This document shows, one piece after another, positions 1-13,900 of a DNA stretch of 64,000 nucleotides. The position numbers were made by a program, and so were the translations under genes. Positions within the stretch are counted from its first letter, which is position 1; every line of letters starts with the position of its first letter. This DNA comes from Epiperipatus broadwayi (Eukaryota; Animalia; Onychophora), in contig JAQFVV010000003.1 of the NCBI GenBank assembly GCA_028023455.1, positions 11,594,001-11,658,000 of the forward strand, in the 5' to 3' direction. A model generated the notes under the pieces. The model ran no database searches. It was not told the DNA's origin and worked only from the letters and a program-made list of their open reading frames with translations.

Positions 1-799
1 AAAGATAGATAGTAAATAAAAATATCAATAATATTGGAAACAATCAATTATATTAATCACAGATTTAAACTTGGAGTGCTTGCAATAATAATAGAACAAA
101 GACTAGGAAACTTATTAGAAAAGCAATACAGAGATTGCCATACCACATAGAAAGGTATAAAAAATTATGTCAGGATTAATAATGGAAAATTGATAACTAA
201 ATATATATATATACATAAAGAGAGAGAGAGAGAGAGAATAAATATATTCTATTGATATCACTGATTAGTTTAAAATGTTAAAATGGAGTTGCATTTGATA
301 TTTTGCTAGAAGAAATTATTAGATGAACAACTGAAATTTAATACTAAGAAATTTTTTAAGATCTAAAAATATTCTATATGAGATGGATAATGCAAGAATT
401 GTTGCAATAATTTAAAGATAAAAAACTACGAATAAAAGTTGCTGAAATGAAATTGAATAGATCTTTACCCTGCCATGAGCTGATAATGTTTGAAAATAAT
501 AATACATTTATTAGCATATTTGCCTACCTTGCATTTGATCTAGCATTGGAATTTTAGCTAGAACAGATTTCATTTTTAAAAATTAGAATTTTTTTCTCAG
601 ATAAAAGTCTCATACTAAACCTTAAATGACTATGTAGCATTAACAAATGAGCAAGCAATTAGCTAAGAAATAAAACAAGGCTAGGAAACTAATCAATTCT
701 CACCTGGATTCTTCTCCATTGTTCTACAAAGAAATTTTTGAATACTTTATTATGCAGCAAGTTATGAGTATTGAAAAGTCTGTTTTACTTTATATATAT

Positions 800-905
800 A
801 ATAAAACACAGAATTATTCTATAAAACTTGGTTTCTGATGAAAACCAGTCTGCTGGTTGAAATATTAAAGCAGTTTTATATAGAAGTAATTCTGTGTTTT
901 TATTA
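800..905 (+). ncRNA. Minimal type-I hammerhead ribozyme motif at the apex of a ~105-bp hairpin
   Basis: CTGATGA (835-841), stem II AACCAG/tctg/CTGGTT (843-858), GAAA (859-862), then TATT. Stem I continues into the hairpin arms aataaaacacagaattattctataaaact / agttttatatagaagtaattctgtgtttttatt. Confidence 0.65.
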
Positions 906-944
906 TGTTTTGATTTTTCCTTTAGTTAGTTTGTATATTTATTA

Positions 945-1245
945 TATATATAATAAAAATAAACAACTGGAATAAAATTACAAAAAATTTTTAAATGCTT
1001 ATATAAAATTGAAGATTAATATCCTTTGCTATAGCCAGCTTTGGCATATTCCACCATCTGAAGTAGCAATGCTCTGCCATCTTAAGTAGCAATGCTACTT
1101 AAGATGGTGGAATACGCCAAAGCTGGCTAAGATGGCGGAATACGCCGAAGCTGGCTATAGCAAAGGATATTAATCTTCAATTTGATATAAGCATTTAAAA
1201 AAAAATCTGTAATTTTATTCCAGTGTTTATTATTATACATATATA
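945..1245. repeat. Fold-back (palindromic) element with a duplicated, HHR-like centre
   Basis: Arm ~945-1060 (ctggaataaaattaca...gctatagccagctttggc) is the reverse complement of ~1125-1245. The centre ccatcttaagtagca/atgctacttaagatgg is internally duplicated, and both ends abut TA runs. Confidence 0.9.
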
Positions 1246-1949
1246 TAAAATAAAAATTGTTAAGCTGTATCTTGCTCACTATAAAACTATTTTCATTAGA
1301 AACACTCTGTACTATTATTTATTACTTATAATATTAATACTAAGCTTTACAAGATTTCTCTGACTGTCACTAAATTAAATAATAGTATTATCCATTCTAT
1401 CCAATGTGAAGATAAAATATTATTAAAGATAAACTTCTATCATTAGTTTTTGATTATTAGCCTTCTGATAAAAGACACTGAAATAGTACAATTTCATTCA
1501 ATGATCATCAATAGATGGAAAACTTCAAACAACTTAAAGGTTTTAACTCAAAATAATTTGATTACTAACCCAAGTTATAAAAAAACAGCATGCATATAAT
1601 ATAAAATATTTACAGCTGTATAAATATTTTGATGAGTTTAAAACCTTAGAATATTTCAATATAAGATAATAAAAATGGATAATACCTGGATAGAGAGAGT
1701 ACAAAATCTATAACTTCTTACAAAAATAAATTATTACAATAATAGCTGATCATAGAGGTTTGAAAGAGCTGACACATTTGTCCATTTGTTTATATATTTT
1801 GTCTTTAAATAGTTGGCACAATAGATAATATAATTTAGTTGGCCATTTTTAAATACAAAAACCTTCAGTTAGCAACATAGAGAGTAAAATCAATATTAGT
1901 TAAGGTAAGTTAAAATAAACTTGTTTAATTTTTTTATTTTATTGTAAAA

Positions 1950-3800
1950 TTGAGCATACTAGATAGGTTTTTAATAACAATGATAATAATTTTGTATCTA
2001 ACTACATGAACCCATTTTTATTAGGCACTTGAAATATGGTATACATTATTTATTATCACATAGATTTGTGCATTTTGGCTATTCACAACTTTTTATAAAG
2101 ATTCAATAGAAGCTCTGAATTAAAAACGTGGATTTACTCATGATTTAATTAAGATCTTCAGAACAGTTCTAATCTAGACACAATCTCATCTTAAATGTCA
2201 GTGAAAGATTGTTGTCACAATATTCCACAATAAATGTAATATTTACATCATAACACTAAGTAGTAGCCTTCAGCTTTCTGAGGAAGTTGTTGCTAAAAAT
2301 AATTTAAATACAATATTTAATAAATGAAAAATGTTATAATCAAAAGTCATTCCTAAAAATCATATTGTTGCAGACAACTATACTCACTTACTAAAATGAT
2401 TCCCTGTTATTTAGATGAAAGTTAATAAAATATTTTGATGAGATTAGAGATAAAACATAAAATTTTGGGAAAAAATTACAAAATTTATATATTTTATAAA
2501 AAGTATTTTTTATTTCAGTGAAGAATTCTTTTTATGATACTAGTGCACTATTATTAGCATAGATTAATCTCCTACTTTTTGCTCCTGAAAGAACACTAAC
2601 AAGTATATTAAATAAGGCAGGTAGGAGAACTAAACCTAGTGAAAGATTATTCTGTAAATTCTAGATTTGCTTCAGTTATTATTGTATTATATTTTCTCAA
2701 TTGAATAACTATTTCCCTACATTTAAGAAATTACAAACTTTTAGACCATTTTTTCAGATAATCTTAATCTGAATTAAGATTAATAAATGATATACTATTC
2801 TGTGACTTATTTCAGTAATCCTTTTTAACAGATAGTTAAGAATAGAACTTATTCACAGCAACTACAATTCTGAATTCAAGCATGCTGGAAGTAGTTAACT
2901 CTCAACTACAGGCATGATTTTTGTTAAAATTACTTTTTCAAAATCCTTAAAATGAACACATGATAAAAATATTGGAAGTCAATTTTTCTTATCACTGTGA
3001 AGTTACTGATTCTCAAGTACTCTTCTTCGAAGATTTTTCTTACTAATCAAAACGTTGATATAATTTTCTTAAATACTTAAAAGTGATTCTATAATAACCC
3101 AAATAAGGAAAAGTTTGGAGAAGCAAATAATTATCTGCTGCAATAATAATGCTGGATTATCAAGTATAATTCATAAATCCTTTATTAAATGTTACCAAGG
3201 AAAGATATACAAAATTATTTCAGAAAAAACCAAGCATTTAATATTCAAAAAACAATTTAGTAACCATCAAATTATTCATTTTAGCTTGAAAATAATTTGA
3301 AAGTTGTTAAAACATTTCTTCAATATTTCAAATTAATTCTTTTAAACATCACTGAGTTCTTTTTCTAACAAGCTTTATAAATAATTTTAAATTTTAAGAT
3401 TAAAATGACAGGATTTTATTTATAGTAACATACAATGATTTTCATGATAAAACATAGTAATTAAGATTCATTTTTTCAAAATACAAAGATATAAAATATT
3501 TTAATATATATCCAATAAAAAAAATCAAATTAAGATAATTTTGCACTCAAATATAATTACTAGCATTATGTGAAAGGGGCTGTAGAAAAGAGTTTGCTGT
3601 TAACTGAGAAGAGACCTTTTGATAACTCTTTGAGGCTTTAAAGAATCTGAGCTGGGCAAATGTTTAATGTCCACTCCATACCTTCTCATCATTGTAACTG
3701 CTATTAGTATATCATTATATAGTTTATGAACATAAATGAATTTCTTACCAAAATGCAATAGCCAGTGCAATGACTTTATTGGCTTTTTATCTCTGAGTTT
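1950..3800 (-). mobile_element. Decayed non-LTR retrotransposon RT, Vingi/Ingi-like
   Basis: Minus-strand fragments SCCE*VLFLT (~2840), NNLSLGLVLLPALFNILVSVLSGAKSRRLIYANNSAL (~2545-2660, the PQGSVL..LFNI..YADD region) and NNFLRKLKATT*C (~2260-2300, like the RKLAGTTWG motif). Many stops; boundaries approximate. Confidence 0.55.
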
Positions 3801-3822
3801 AAGATCAAAAAACATTAAGGAT

Positions 3823-3998
3823 TTTCTTTTCAGTTGCCTGATAGTTCTTAACTAAAATTTCAGTTGAGTTTTTTCGAAAGCAGGTTGAATATGTGTGTGA
3901 ATGGAGCCACTATTGATTTTCTTTTCAATTACCTGATAGTTCTTAACTAAAATTTCAGTTGAGTTTTTTTTTGAAAGCAAAATGAATTTGTGTGAATG
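3823..3998. repeat. ~95-bp imperfect tandem duplication
   Basis: cctgatagttcttaactaaaatttcagttgagtttttt occurs at ~3837 and ~3932. Confidence 0.9.
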
Positions 3999-4199
3999 AA
4001 TTTTTTTCAATAAATGTTTACTATTATATCAGTCAAAACTAAATCATGGCCTTACTCTCAAGAGGTTGTAATGTCATCAGCTAAGATAGCAGTTGGTAGC
4101 AGAAGACAAAGTGCTAAGAATACCCTGATTGCAGATCCAGGCACTATTTGATGACAACTTTTTACTTAGGTATTTACAACTGTTGATCACTTTCAAATG

Positions 4200-6900
4200 G
4201 AGGAAGATTGCATAAATTGCAAGAACTATCTAATATTAAATAGAATGTTATTGAACTTTTTAAAGTTAAAAAAAAAGGTGAAGAGATAATTAATTTAAAA
4301 AGTGGTCAAGTACTTTACTATATAGCACAAATATTGGAAGTACAAGTAACATTGGATTTATAAAAATAAAAAGTGAAAAAATAACATTGTGAATATTGAT
4401 GGTATCTCAGACAGAGTGGCAAGAATACTACATGCAAATAATTCAAATTTTTGCCCCAACAAGTTCTCATTTTGATGAAGAAGTATAAGATTTTTATATG
4501 AATATACAAAATGCTTTTGCTCAAACCAAACAACATTTTAAAATTAACATTGGAGATTTTAAAGCTATAATTGATAATCAATTGAAAGATGAAAGTGCTG
4601 TAAGTAAATGTGGTTAAGGTGACCAAAATGAGAGTGAACATAAACTTGTAGAGTTTTCAGAAGAAAAAAAACATTTATATTTTGAATTCAATTTTTTGAG
4701 AAAAATGCTAAACAAAAATGAACATATTTTGACTATCAAACATTATCTATTTCAAGATTATAATGATCTAAATAAATTCAATGCAGCAAGTGAGCATTGA
4801 TTATTGAGATGTAAAAGATATACATGTTAATGCAAAACTACCAGAGACAAAAATTATTAAGAAAAACAGTATTCAGAATAAATATTTCTGACCTTCAGAA
4901 ACATTCCAATGAATTTAAATTAGAACTTGAAAATCGTTTTAAAATATTAACAAAATTTGAATATGTTGCAGATTTAAATGAAATCAATAGAAAAATAATT
5001 GATACTGTATTAAGAACTGCAAGAATTTACCAGTAAATTTTCTATTGAGACAATGAATAAAGAAAAGAAAGAATATGAAAATATATATTCTATTGAGACA
5101 AAACAATGCTTAAAAAAAAAAGGAACATGAAAATATATAAAAATGATTCATTAAGAAGAATTGAATATTTAGTTATGTAAAATGGTACAAAAAAGAGTTA
5201 ATAAGCATAGAAGAAAATACAATTATAAATTAGCATGGAAATCTATTGAAGAGAAAAGAAGTCTTAAAAGTTATAAAACAACATCTTAGAATTGGTAGAA
5301 AAATTATTGTGCAATAAGAAAAAAGATGGAATTATTATAAAAAAGAGAGATGTTATCATGAAATATGTAGCAGAGTTATATAAAGAAATGTGTAGCAATA
5401 AAAAGCAAGAAAATAAAGTATCTCCCACAATTTCTATATCTTCTGAATTGCCCTGTATGAAGAAGAATGACATATAATTAAATCTAAGAAAAAGATAACA
5501 TCTTACAGTAATGAAATTATAATCAATATCTTGAAAGAAACAGGTAAAGAAATAGAAAAATTGTTGGCAAAGTTACATACCAAATGTCTAAATGATAAAG
5601 ATATATTATGTGATTGAAAGACTGCAGTAGTAATTTTAATATTTAAAAAAGGTGATAAAAAAGATATTAGAAATTACACACCTATCAGTCTTTCATCAAT
5701 ATTATACAAAACAGTTTCTAAAATAATTACAATTTATCAACAGTAAGTTTTGAATTTTAATCAACCAAAAAAACAAGTAGGATTTAGAAGTAATTTTAGT
5801 ACAGTGAATCACATCAATGTATTGATAAAAATTATAGAACGGAACAATGAATATAAATGATTAGGATTTGAGGATTATAAAAAGACAATTGACTCTATAA
5901 GCATTTCTTCAGTGATTAAGGTATTGGATCATTAGGGTATAGACTCGGGATATGATCATATTATGAATAAAATTTATAAAAATCATTAAATTATGTAGTT
6001 ATTCTAAGAAGATTAACATTGAGAAGGGTGTGCCACAAGGTGATTCAATATTTCCAACATTTTTTACAGCAGTTTTAAAAGAAGTATTTCATGGATTAAA
6101 ATGGGAAACTAAGGTATTAAAAGTAAATGCAGATTATTTAAGTCATATAAATTTTTGCAAAGAATGTAATTGTCTTTGCAAATAATACTTCAGAGCTTCA
6201 AGAAATATTGCAAGAGTTATCAGATGAAAGTAAAAATGTAGGACTAAAGATAAATGATAAAAAGATTAAAGTAATGTTCAATAAATTTTCTCAAAAGAAA
6301 AAATAAAGATTGATAATGATGAATTAGAGGAAGTTAACAACTACAAATACCTTGGTTAAATATACAGATTGAAACACAATGCATAAAATTAATCATAGAA
6401 TTAAATTTGTTTTGGATTGTTTTTTGTAGAAATAACTTAATATTAAAAGGAAATGTGTTTATGTGTTTGAAATAAAAAAAATTTCAAAAAATGTGTTTTA
6501 GCTGTTATTACTTATGGATCTGAGACTTTGATTCTTAACAAACAAGCAGTACAGAGACTTCAGACTATTAAATGATATATGGAGTGAAGTATTTTAGGAG
6601 TAAAAAAAAAATAGAAAGCAAAATGCATGGGTAAGAGAACAAGCAGATACTACTGAATGTCACTGAATGAGTCAAGAGACTGAAGTGGAGCTGAGATGAA
6701 TACATTGCTAGAAGAGATGATAGTAGATGGACAATTGAAATCTTAAACTTAATCTGAAGAGATTATAAAAAACCTAGAAAGAGATCACATGTGATGAAGT
6801 AAGAAAGTTTACTAGTGTGGTGTGAAGAAGAAAAGCTAAAAAATCATAGAAGCTGAATTAAACTTTGAGAGATCTTAACCTAAAGTAGATTGATAATGGT
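4200..6900 (+). mobile_element. Decayed RTE-clade LINE (APE endonuclease + RT)
   Basis: IQIFAPTSSHFDEEV (4441), [33 protein letters not shown] (~5612), QVGFRSNFSTVNHI, KGVPQGDSIFPTFF (~6025), GLKIN, YKYLG and IARRDDSRWT. Numerous stops and frameshifts. Confidence 0.85.
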
Positions 6901-9042
6901 TGAAAATGATGATAATTTTATGAAAGTAAATGTCTAGATATTTTTAGACAGCACAGTAATTTTAGTAAAGTATGAAATAAGTTTATTTCATTTTGATATT
7001 ATGTACTTTATCTAATATTTTAATAGAATTCCCAGGTCAGTGTTGTGAGACAACCTTGATGATAATTTATTAAAATGGTGAAAGGAGAGGATACATATCA
7101 ATGATTCATGAGATCATGCTAATTAAAATAGTAAAAGAAAGAAATATTTGGCAACTATCAAATAACATTTTGACAGTAGTAATAAGATTTTTTTTTTTAA
7201 TTTTAGAAGTTTCACATCTTACTTATAATAAACTTGATAATTTATTGAATACCTAATAAATATATTAAATGATTTTATGCATTATCTTAAAGTTTAAAAC
7301 TTTCAAAAGAATACCTTGGTATTCCATATAATTTCATAGGTCATAAAATGTTGATAACTATAATTTAAATAGTAAGTATTTCTATGGATAAGTGCTAAAC
7401 TGTGATAATGAAGGCATCTGTAGGCAAGGATTTAGGCCAAGTAATGAAGGTGGGTTTTGCTTCTTGGAAATCATATGCTTTTTGCATACGTCTTTATCCA
7501 TATGATTTTAAGAATGTGTTGATTTTAGTTTCATTACATATTATACATACTGATAACATATATATATATATATGTGTGGGTGTTATATTATAGATATAAT
7601 AAATGTTCAGATGTTCATACAGAAAAAGTAGACTATATTGTTTTAAAATTAGTTTTATTCATGCTGAGCATGCTTTTGATATATTGTATATCATAATCAA
7701 ACAAAATGAAATATATCAAATCTGCATTGTATCTGGAATAACACAATAAAAACAAATCAAGTTTTAAATTGTTATATTATATATAATAATAATTAGTAAT
7801 ACTAATTAAATAATTGATTAATTAATTGATATTAATATTTGTGCATAGATATAAAATGGGCTTCTTTCTTATATGAACTTTTGCCTTGTAAGTCTCTAGA
7901 GCAGGTCAATCTTCATTGGTTTCTGTTATTTCTTTGTCAAGATAATATGTTGCACAATTGTGACTAATATTCTAGTTACCAATCAATATATATTTATTTA
8001 TGAGTATAAACAATTTTAATAGGGGCAACCACAAAATCATATTATTTTATAATTTCATTGAATTTAAGTAATCTTAATAACATTCTGATAATGATCAAGA
8101 TCAATTGTAAGATATCTAATGTACAATAAAAAAAACATATTTTAAAAGATTGTTGATGATTTTTTTTATAATTTACTGTATTTGAATTTTTCTGTCTAAT
8201 GGCAGTCTGAAATAATAAGATAGCAAGATCCTATAATCAAATAAATTATATCTGACAGGATAATATGGCTAACTTTGATTTATGAATGTACTTTAATATT
8301 TAAGAGAACATCATCTTAATTCATATATGTCCATATTTTTAAAACTGAGTGAATTGTAACAAATCTACCAGTATCATATGGAATTGAGATGGGGTGAGAA
8401 TCCCAGATTGTGTTATAATTATCAGAAGTTCATACAAATGCTACATGTTTATACAAAGATAAAATAATTTTTTTAATGCTTTCTCTCACAAAACCACTAT
8501 TATTTATTTACAAAAATAAAATTAACTACAGTATATCTAAGAGCATCACAGTTCGATTTTTTAAATAGTTTTACATATACATACGAAATCTCACTTTTTA
8601 AATAATATTCCAAGAATTTGATTAACTCTATATCAACATATGAATAAGACAGATTCTATGATCACACAATCATATTTAATATCTACAGGAAAGATTTTAC
8701 TGAGAACAAAGAATAAATTCACACACCCAAAAACAAAACCATTTGAACAATAAACAGAATTTAACAAACAAGAAAAAAAATACGCAGGATATAATAATAT
8801 ACAAAATTCATTATTTATATAACTTTAAAAATAAAATAATTGAGTTATATTTGCTTCATAAATATTATTTTCTTGCATTTGAGATTTAAATTATAAGAAT
8901 ATTTTAGTAAGCAAGTGATAAAATTATTTTGGTTACATCACAAATTTACTAAATAAAAAATGAAAAATAAAATATTAATAGGTAGTAGTAATTCACAAAT
9001 AGAAAATAATTATGAGATTAATAGATTATTTAAACAATTAAT

Positions 9043-9960
9043 GTATGTGGGATTTAAACTCAGACTTTCACACGACCTTCAACTCTCCTTGCCATCTCAT
9101 ATTGCTGACCCACCTCATCATACATATGTTGAAAAGATAAATAATGCCCAATACACATATTTTGTGCTAAACCAGCATTCATCAGTTGGTCCAGATTACT
9201 ATCTCCACACATATATACAATCAGTGCTCAGCTTTGTATTAAGATAGCCAATCTTCATACTTTAATGGACAGGCTTCAAACTACTCCAACTCACAACTCT
9301 TCAGCCTTCCATGTCATTGAAAATCTGATAATGGAATGTTCAAAGCCCACATTACTGCCAAGATTGTCATCTTACTCTTGTTGACATTTAGTCATTCTGA
9401 TCCCTCATGTACAGGAGAATAATCCATATGCGAGGGATGGGCAGACCTTTGGTGCACTATCTTTCAATATGTAAATTAATACCATATATAGGCTTAAACC
9501 TGCACATATATATATGTAATGTATGTGGGATTCAAACTCAGACTTTCACATGACCCTCAACTCTCCTTGCCATCTCATGTTGCTGACTTACCTGATCACA
9601 CATGTTACATAGTACAAGGGGTCAGAATGACTAAATGTCAACATGGGTAGGATGACAATCTTGGCACTAACATGGACTTTGAATATTCCATCATCAGATT
9701 TTTAATGAAATGGAAGACTGAAGAGTTGTGAAATTGGAGTATGTGTGGAGATGGTCATCTGGACAAACTGATGATTGCCAGTTTAGCATGAAATACGTAT
9801 ATTGGTGATTATTTATCTTTTCAACATGTATGTGATCAGGTGGGTCAGCAATATAAGATGGTGAGAGTTGAGGGTCATGTGAAGGTCTGAATTCAAATAA
9901 AAAAAATACATTACATATATATATATATATGCAGGTTTAAGCCTGTATAGGTACTAATCT
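9043..9960. mobile_element. HHR family C non-autonomous element (~479-bp monomer): partial tandem plus inversion
   Basis: 9043-9125 is repeated directly at 9522-9605 (period 479). ~9610-9960 is an inverted copy. HHR motifs lie at 9148-9189 (-) and 9763-9805 (+). Confidence 0.85.
9763..9805 (+). ncRNA. Type-I hammerhead motif, family C
   Basis: caaa CTGATGA t tgc-cagttta-gca t GAAA TACGTA TA ttgg. Stem III is the palindrome ATACGTAT. The four-copy consensus inferred by eye is ccaa CTGATGA GTGCTG gtt CAGCAC GAAA TACGTA TA ttgg. Confidence 0.7.
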
Positions 9961-10937
9961 AAACAATCAATGAAATTTATTAAATATTAGTAATAATTTA
10001 CTTAGGGTTCTTTTTTTTTGTCATCTAAGATATAAGTATATATATATAGATGGTCTATATATATATTGAAGTAGATACTTTATGAGCATGTGTAATAACT
10101 TGTAGGAATAAGATAGAAAGAATGAAGTAGCATAATTAAAGTTAGAAAGAAAAAAGATCAAGGAAATAATTTATTTAATAATAATTAGATTTTATTTAAA
10201 CTTAACAATAATTAGGAGGCTCAAACATCATTTATCATTTCAGCTTAAATGTTCCATTCTTCTCCAAATTTATTTTTCTAAATCTTCAATATTTTCTCCT
10301 AAATACTGTCTTTGCTCTATATAACTCCAAATATAACAATTAAAAAAGAACATAATCATTCTGGATAATACAAAATCTATTATTTCTTGAAGCTTTAATC
10401 AAAATCAGTAAAAAAAAAAAACAGAATAATATATATTTATGAATAACTTTAAAAGTAAAGTTTTAATACATTCAATATATATATATATTAAAAAACATAT
10501 GCCTACTACTAAACTAAAATTTAAATAAATAAACCACTCCAAATAATTTTAAACAATTCAGAGAAGATTTTTCTGTAAAGTCAAACTTTATTGTATAACA
10601 TAAAAATTCAACCAATCAAACTTTCAACTTACCTGTATAATATAAAAATTCAGCCAATCATCCCCTCCCTCAATATAATTATTTCCAAGTCTATAACACT
10701 CATCTTTGGATGAATACTAGTAATTGTGAAACTCTAATATCAAACCAATAATCCCTCAACCTTAAAAATACCAAACCAAACACTTAAAATGTGATCATAA
10801 CACAGATTATGAAACATTAAATCTTATTATATTATAATAAATATATTTAAGATTGAGTTGAAAAACTAATTTCTATTAATATCTAATAAACAAATTAATT
10901 GAAAATTAATTAATGATAATAATATAGAAATATGTAT

Positions 10938-13900
10938 TGCAAGGGTACAAAATGGTTAAGAGCCACAAAACAACCAAGTACAGAGATTATAGTAGTCAGT
11001 TCAAGGGCATCATTATACAGATAGCCTAAAACTAGGCCAAGAAGATTATTCTACAATTGTATAACATGGCCACATAATCATTTATAGCATAATCTTTTGT
11101 GGACTCTAATAAGTTTGATAAACTTTCTCTCCAGAGATCGCAATTAATGTTAATGCTACAATTATATACTAAATTAACAAGAGTCATGCAAGTATGGCTC
11201 CAATTATCTTTATTATACTTTTCCTTTTTTATTTCCCTTCCGAATTCCTTCTCACTGCAATCTGAACTGGCTTGATCTATTTTAAAATAAAATACTTTCA
11301 AATTAGTACAATCACATATATTATTCTAACATTATAATAATCTTTCCTGAGAAAATACATTGTCACTAACCTATGACCGACAATGGTTCAACTTCATTGT
11401 TGACAACCCATCCTAACAGGAGTGACCAACCAGGTATATTATATAATAATGGGTGTGCTGTATATAGCTTAACTCAAAACCTCTTCCTTTGCTAATGTTA
11501 AATAATTTATCTTGATCACTAAATGATGGCATAAGTATCTTGTGTTTTCTTATGTCCATCTATTTTCTTTGATGTCCATTTATTATGGCATATGTATCTC
11601 TTGTTTTCTTATGACCAAAATTTAAACTGACTTTACCCTCCTTTTTATCTCTATATGATCAAGTTCATATTCGTGAAACTAAAACCTACATATGCATAAG
11701 TGTAAAAAAATTAAAAAATATTTTTTAAAAATGAAAACAATATAGAAACCTCCCCCTCCCAAAGTATGTTAAAAATATTGAATAAATTATCCAGAATACC
11801 CCCATACTCTATTGTTAAAACTTTTACAAATCTACAGTAGCTAATATACATAAAACACAACTGGTTGGGTCTATATTTGTATTTTGCTAATCACAGTAGA
11901 AAAGTTCACTTTATAAACAGTTTATAATTGCCCACTTGTTGATCTACTGTTAATATGGATTAAATTGTTGTCGACCATCGTTTATGGAATGACATTTTCC
12001 CATAAATTTTTGTGTGAATCCTCTAGGTCCTCTGGCTTCTGGACCCACCCTCAGCTAGTTGCATATTTTTCCAGAGATGGAAATTCCTCAGCATACTTTA
12101 GGTGCAGCTTGGGAGACAGTTCCCCTGGGGGAGAAGTCCTTGATTCTCTCTAGCCAGAGAACATTTTCATAGCAACTTGCAGCAAATACTTTCGATAAAA
12201 AGTTTAATAATCAATCCCGAACAAAAGAAGATTCTGTAATTTATACTTTTTTCAATTCTCTCCCTCTCTCTCTGCACTTTTAATTAATTATATTTGCCAG
12301 ACAGGATTCACAACTTTTTGGTCTATTTTTAGCAAAAATTTGTCACTTCAATTTCTGTCCATTTTTCTTTTGGAATTTTTAATATTTCAAAAAGTTCTTG
12401 ATTACTTAACGACATTTACAAAGAATAAACTCTTACAATACTTTTTAATTACAAATCGGTATTTAGCTTGGGTTTCAACAATAGAGTTCCTCCCAACTCA
12501 TCTTTTTCCAAGAATTTCAACAACAACAAAAAAAACTCTTACTAAAAACATATAGTTCAAGATAAACTTATAATTCAAGATCACTAATTGATCTTGAACT
12601 ATAATCAACTTAAATAATTTTTTTAAAAAATATCAAACTTGAAAGTCTGATTTCTTAATGAGATTAAACATTTTTTTTTACTAGATTAATTATAAAATAA
12701 CACATTAAATAATTTTATAAAACTCTACTTCTAAACTAATGATATAACTACAAAATTAAATATACATATTTACATATTAGATGGCAGAAAAAAAAAGAAA
12801 AAAAACAACACCCAAACTACTCTGTGTAATATTTTCCTCATTTCCCCTTTCTTGAGAGTATTGTTGGGCCTGACTGCATGCTCATTATAATTTCCTCATC
12901 TAACTTTATACTCATCTTCCCCTTCCACTGGATCATTATATTCCATGTCCACTAACATCTCTTATCATTCTTCAAAGGACAGCCTATGGTTTTCAGTAAG
13001 CTTATGCAGAACACCTATAGGTAAGTTGTACTTTATTGTTCTTACAATTTGGTATTGGTCCATTGGATAAGCTTCTAGCACTCTGAATTTCATAGCCTGC
13101 CTTTGGAAAAATTGGCTATAGTTTTTGTCACTGGTTGATATATATTTTTCCCATGAGATCCAGATGTGGATTGCTTCTTCCTTTTCAATATTCCAAAAAC
13201 CCTTAAGAATCATTGTTTAGTATTCTTGAAATGTCCTCGAGCTAATTCCACAGCCCTCCACCATTTCTGTGCTGCACCACTTAAATGGTTGGTAGCATGA
13301 TAATTTTCTCTTTCTCACTTGATCTATGAAAATAGAAAAACATCACATAGATTGTCAAGGTAATCGAATGGATTTCCTTCCCCATTTCCCTTGCAAACCT
13401 TAATTTGTATGAATCTAGCTAATGAAGCCCTTTCTGGATTAGCTTCCTCTTTTTATTTAGCGAGGTCTTTATACTTATTTTCTCTAAATCTATTCCCGCA
13501 GTTTTTCTTTTCTGACTATCTTTTATTTCACCTATGAATTGTTCTTTCCTTTCTATTCCTGCCATCTCTTCTTCCGTATCCTTCCTAATAACTTTGGGAT
13601 CAGCTTTTTCTAGCCCCCCCCCTTCAGCTTTACTTTCATCACTTCTACTCTCTTCCTGTTTTTTTTTAATTCATTTACATCCTTCCTAAGGACTTTGATC
13701 ATAATTTTCATTTCTTTAGTCTCTTTACTACTACTAATTCCTATTGCTTTTAGATCAGCAATAGCTTTTAATATTTCATCTAACTAACTGCTCAGGGTTT
13801 TTGAATATTACCACTGGGATTTCTATTGAAATTTCATCCTCACATTTTTCCTATTTCTTACAGTAACCTCAAGATCCCAAAAATACTCTTCCCCTCTTTG

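Noticed and set aside
11900-12200. RT-like words (LLPQG, MVD) inside the LTR repeat
   Set aside because: Not conserved in frame between the two copies; the TG...CA ends and PPT favour an LTR.
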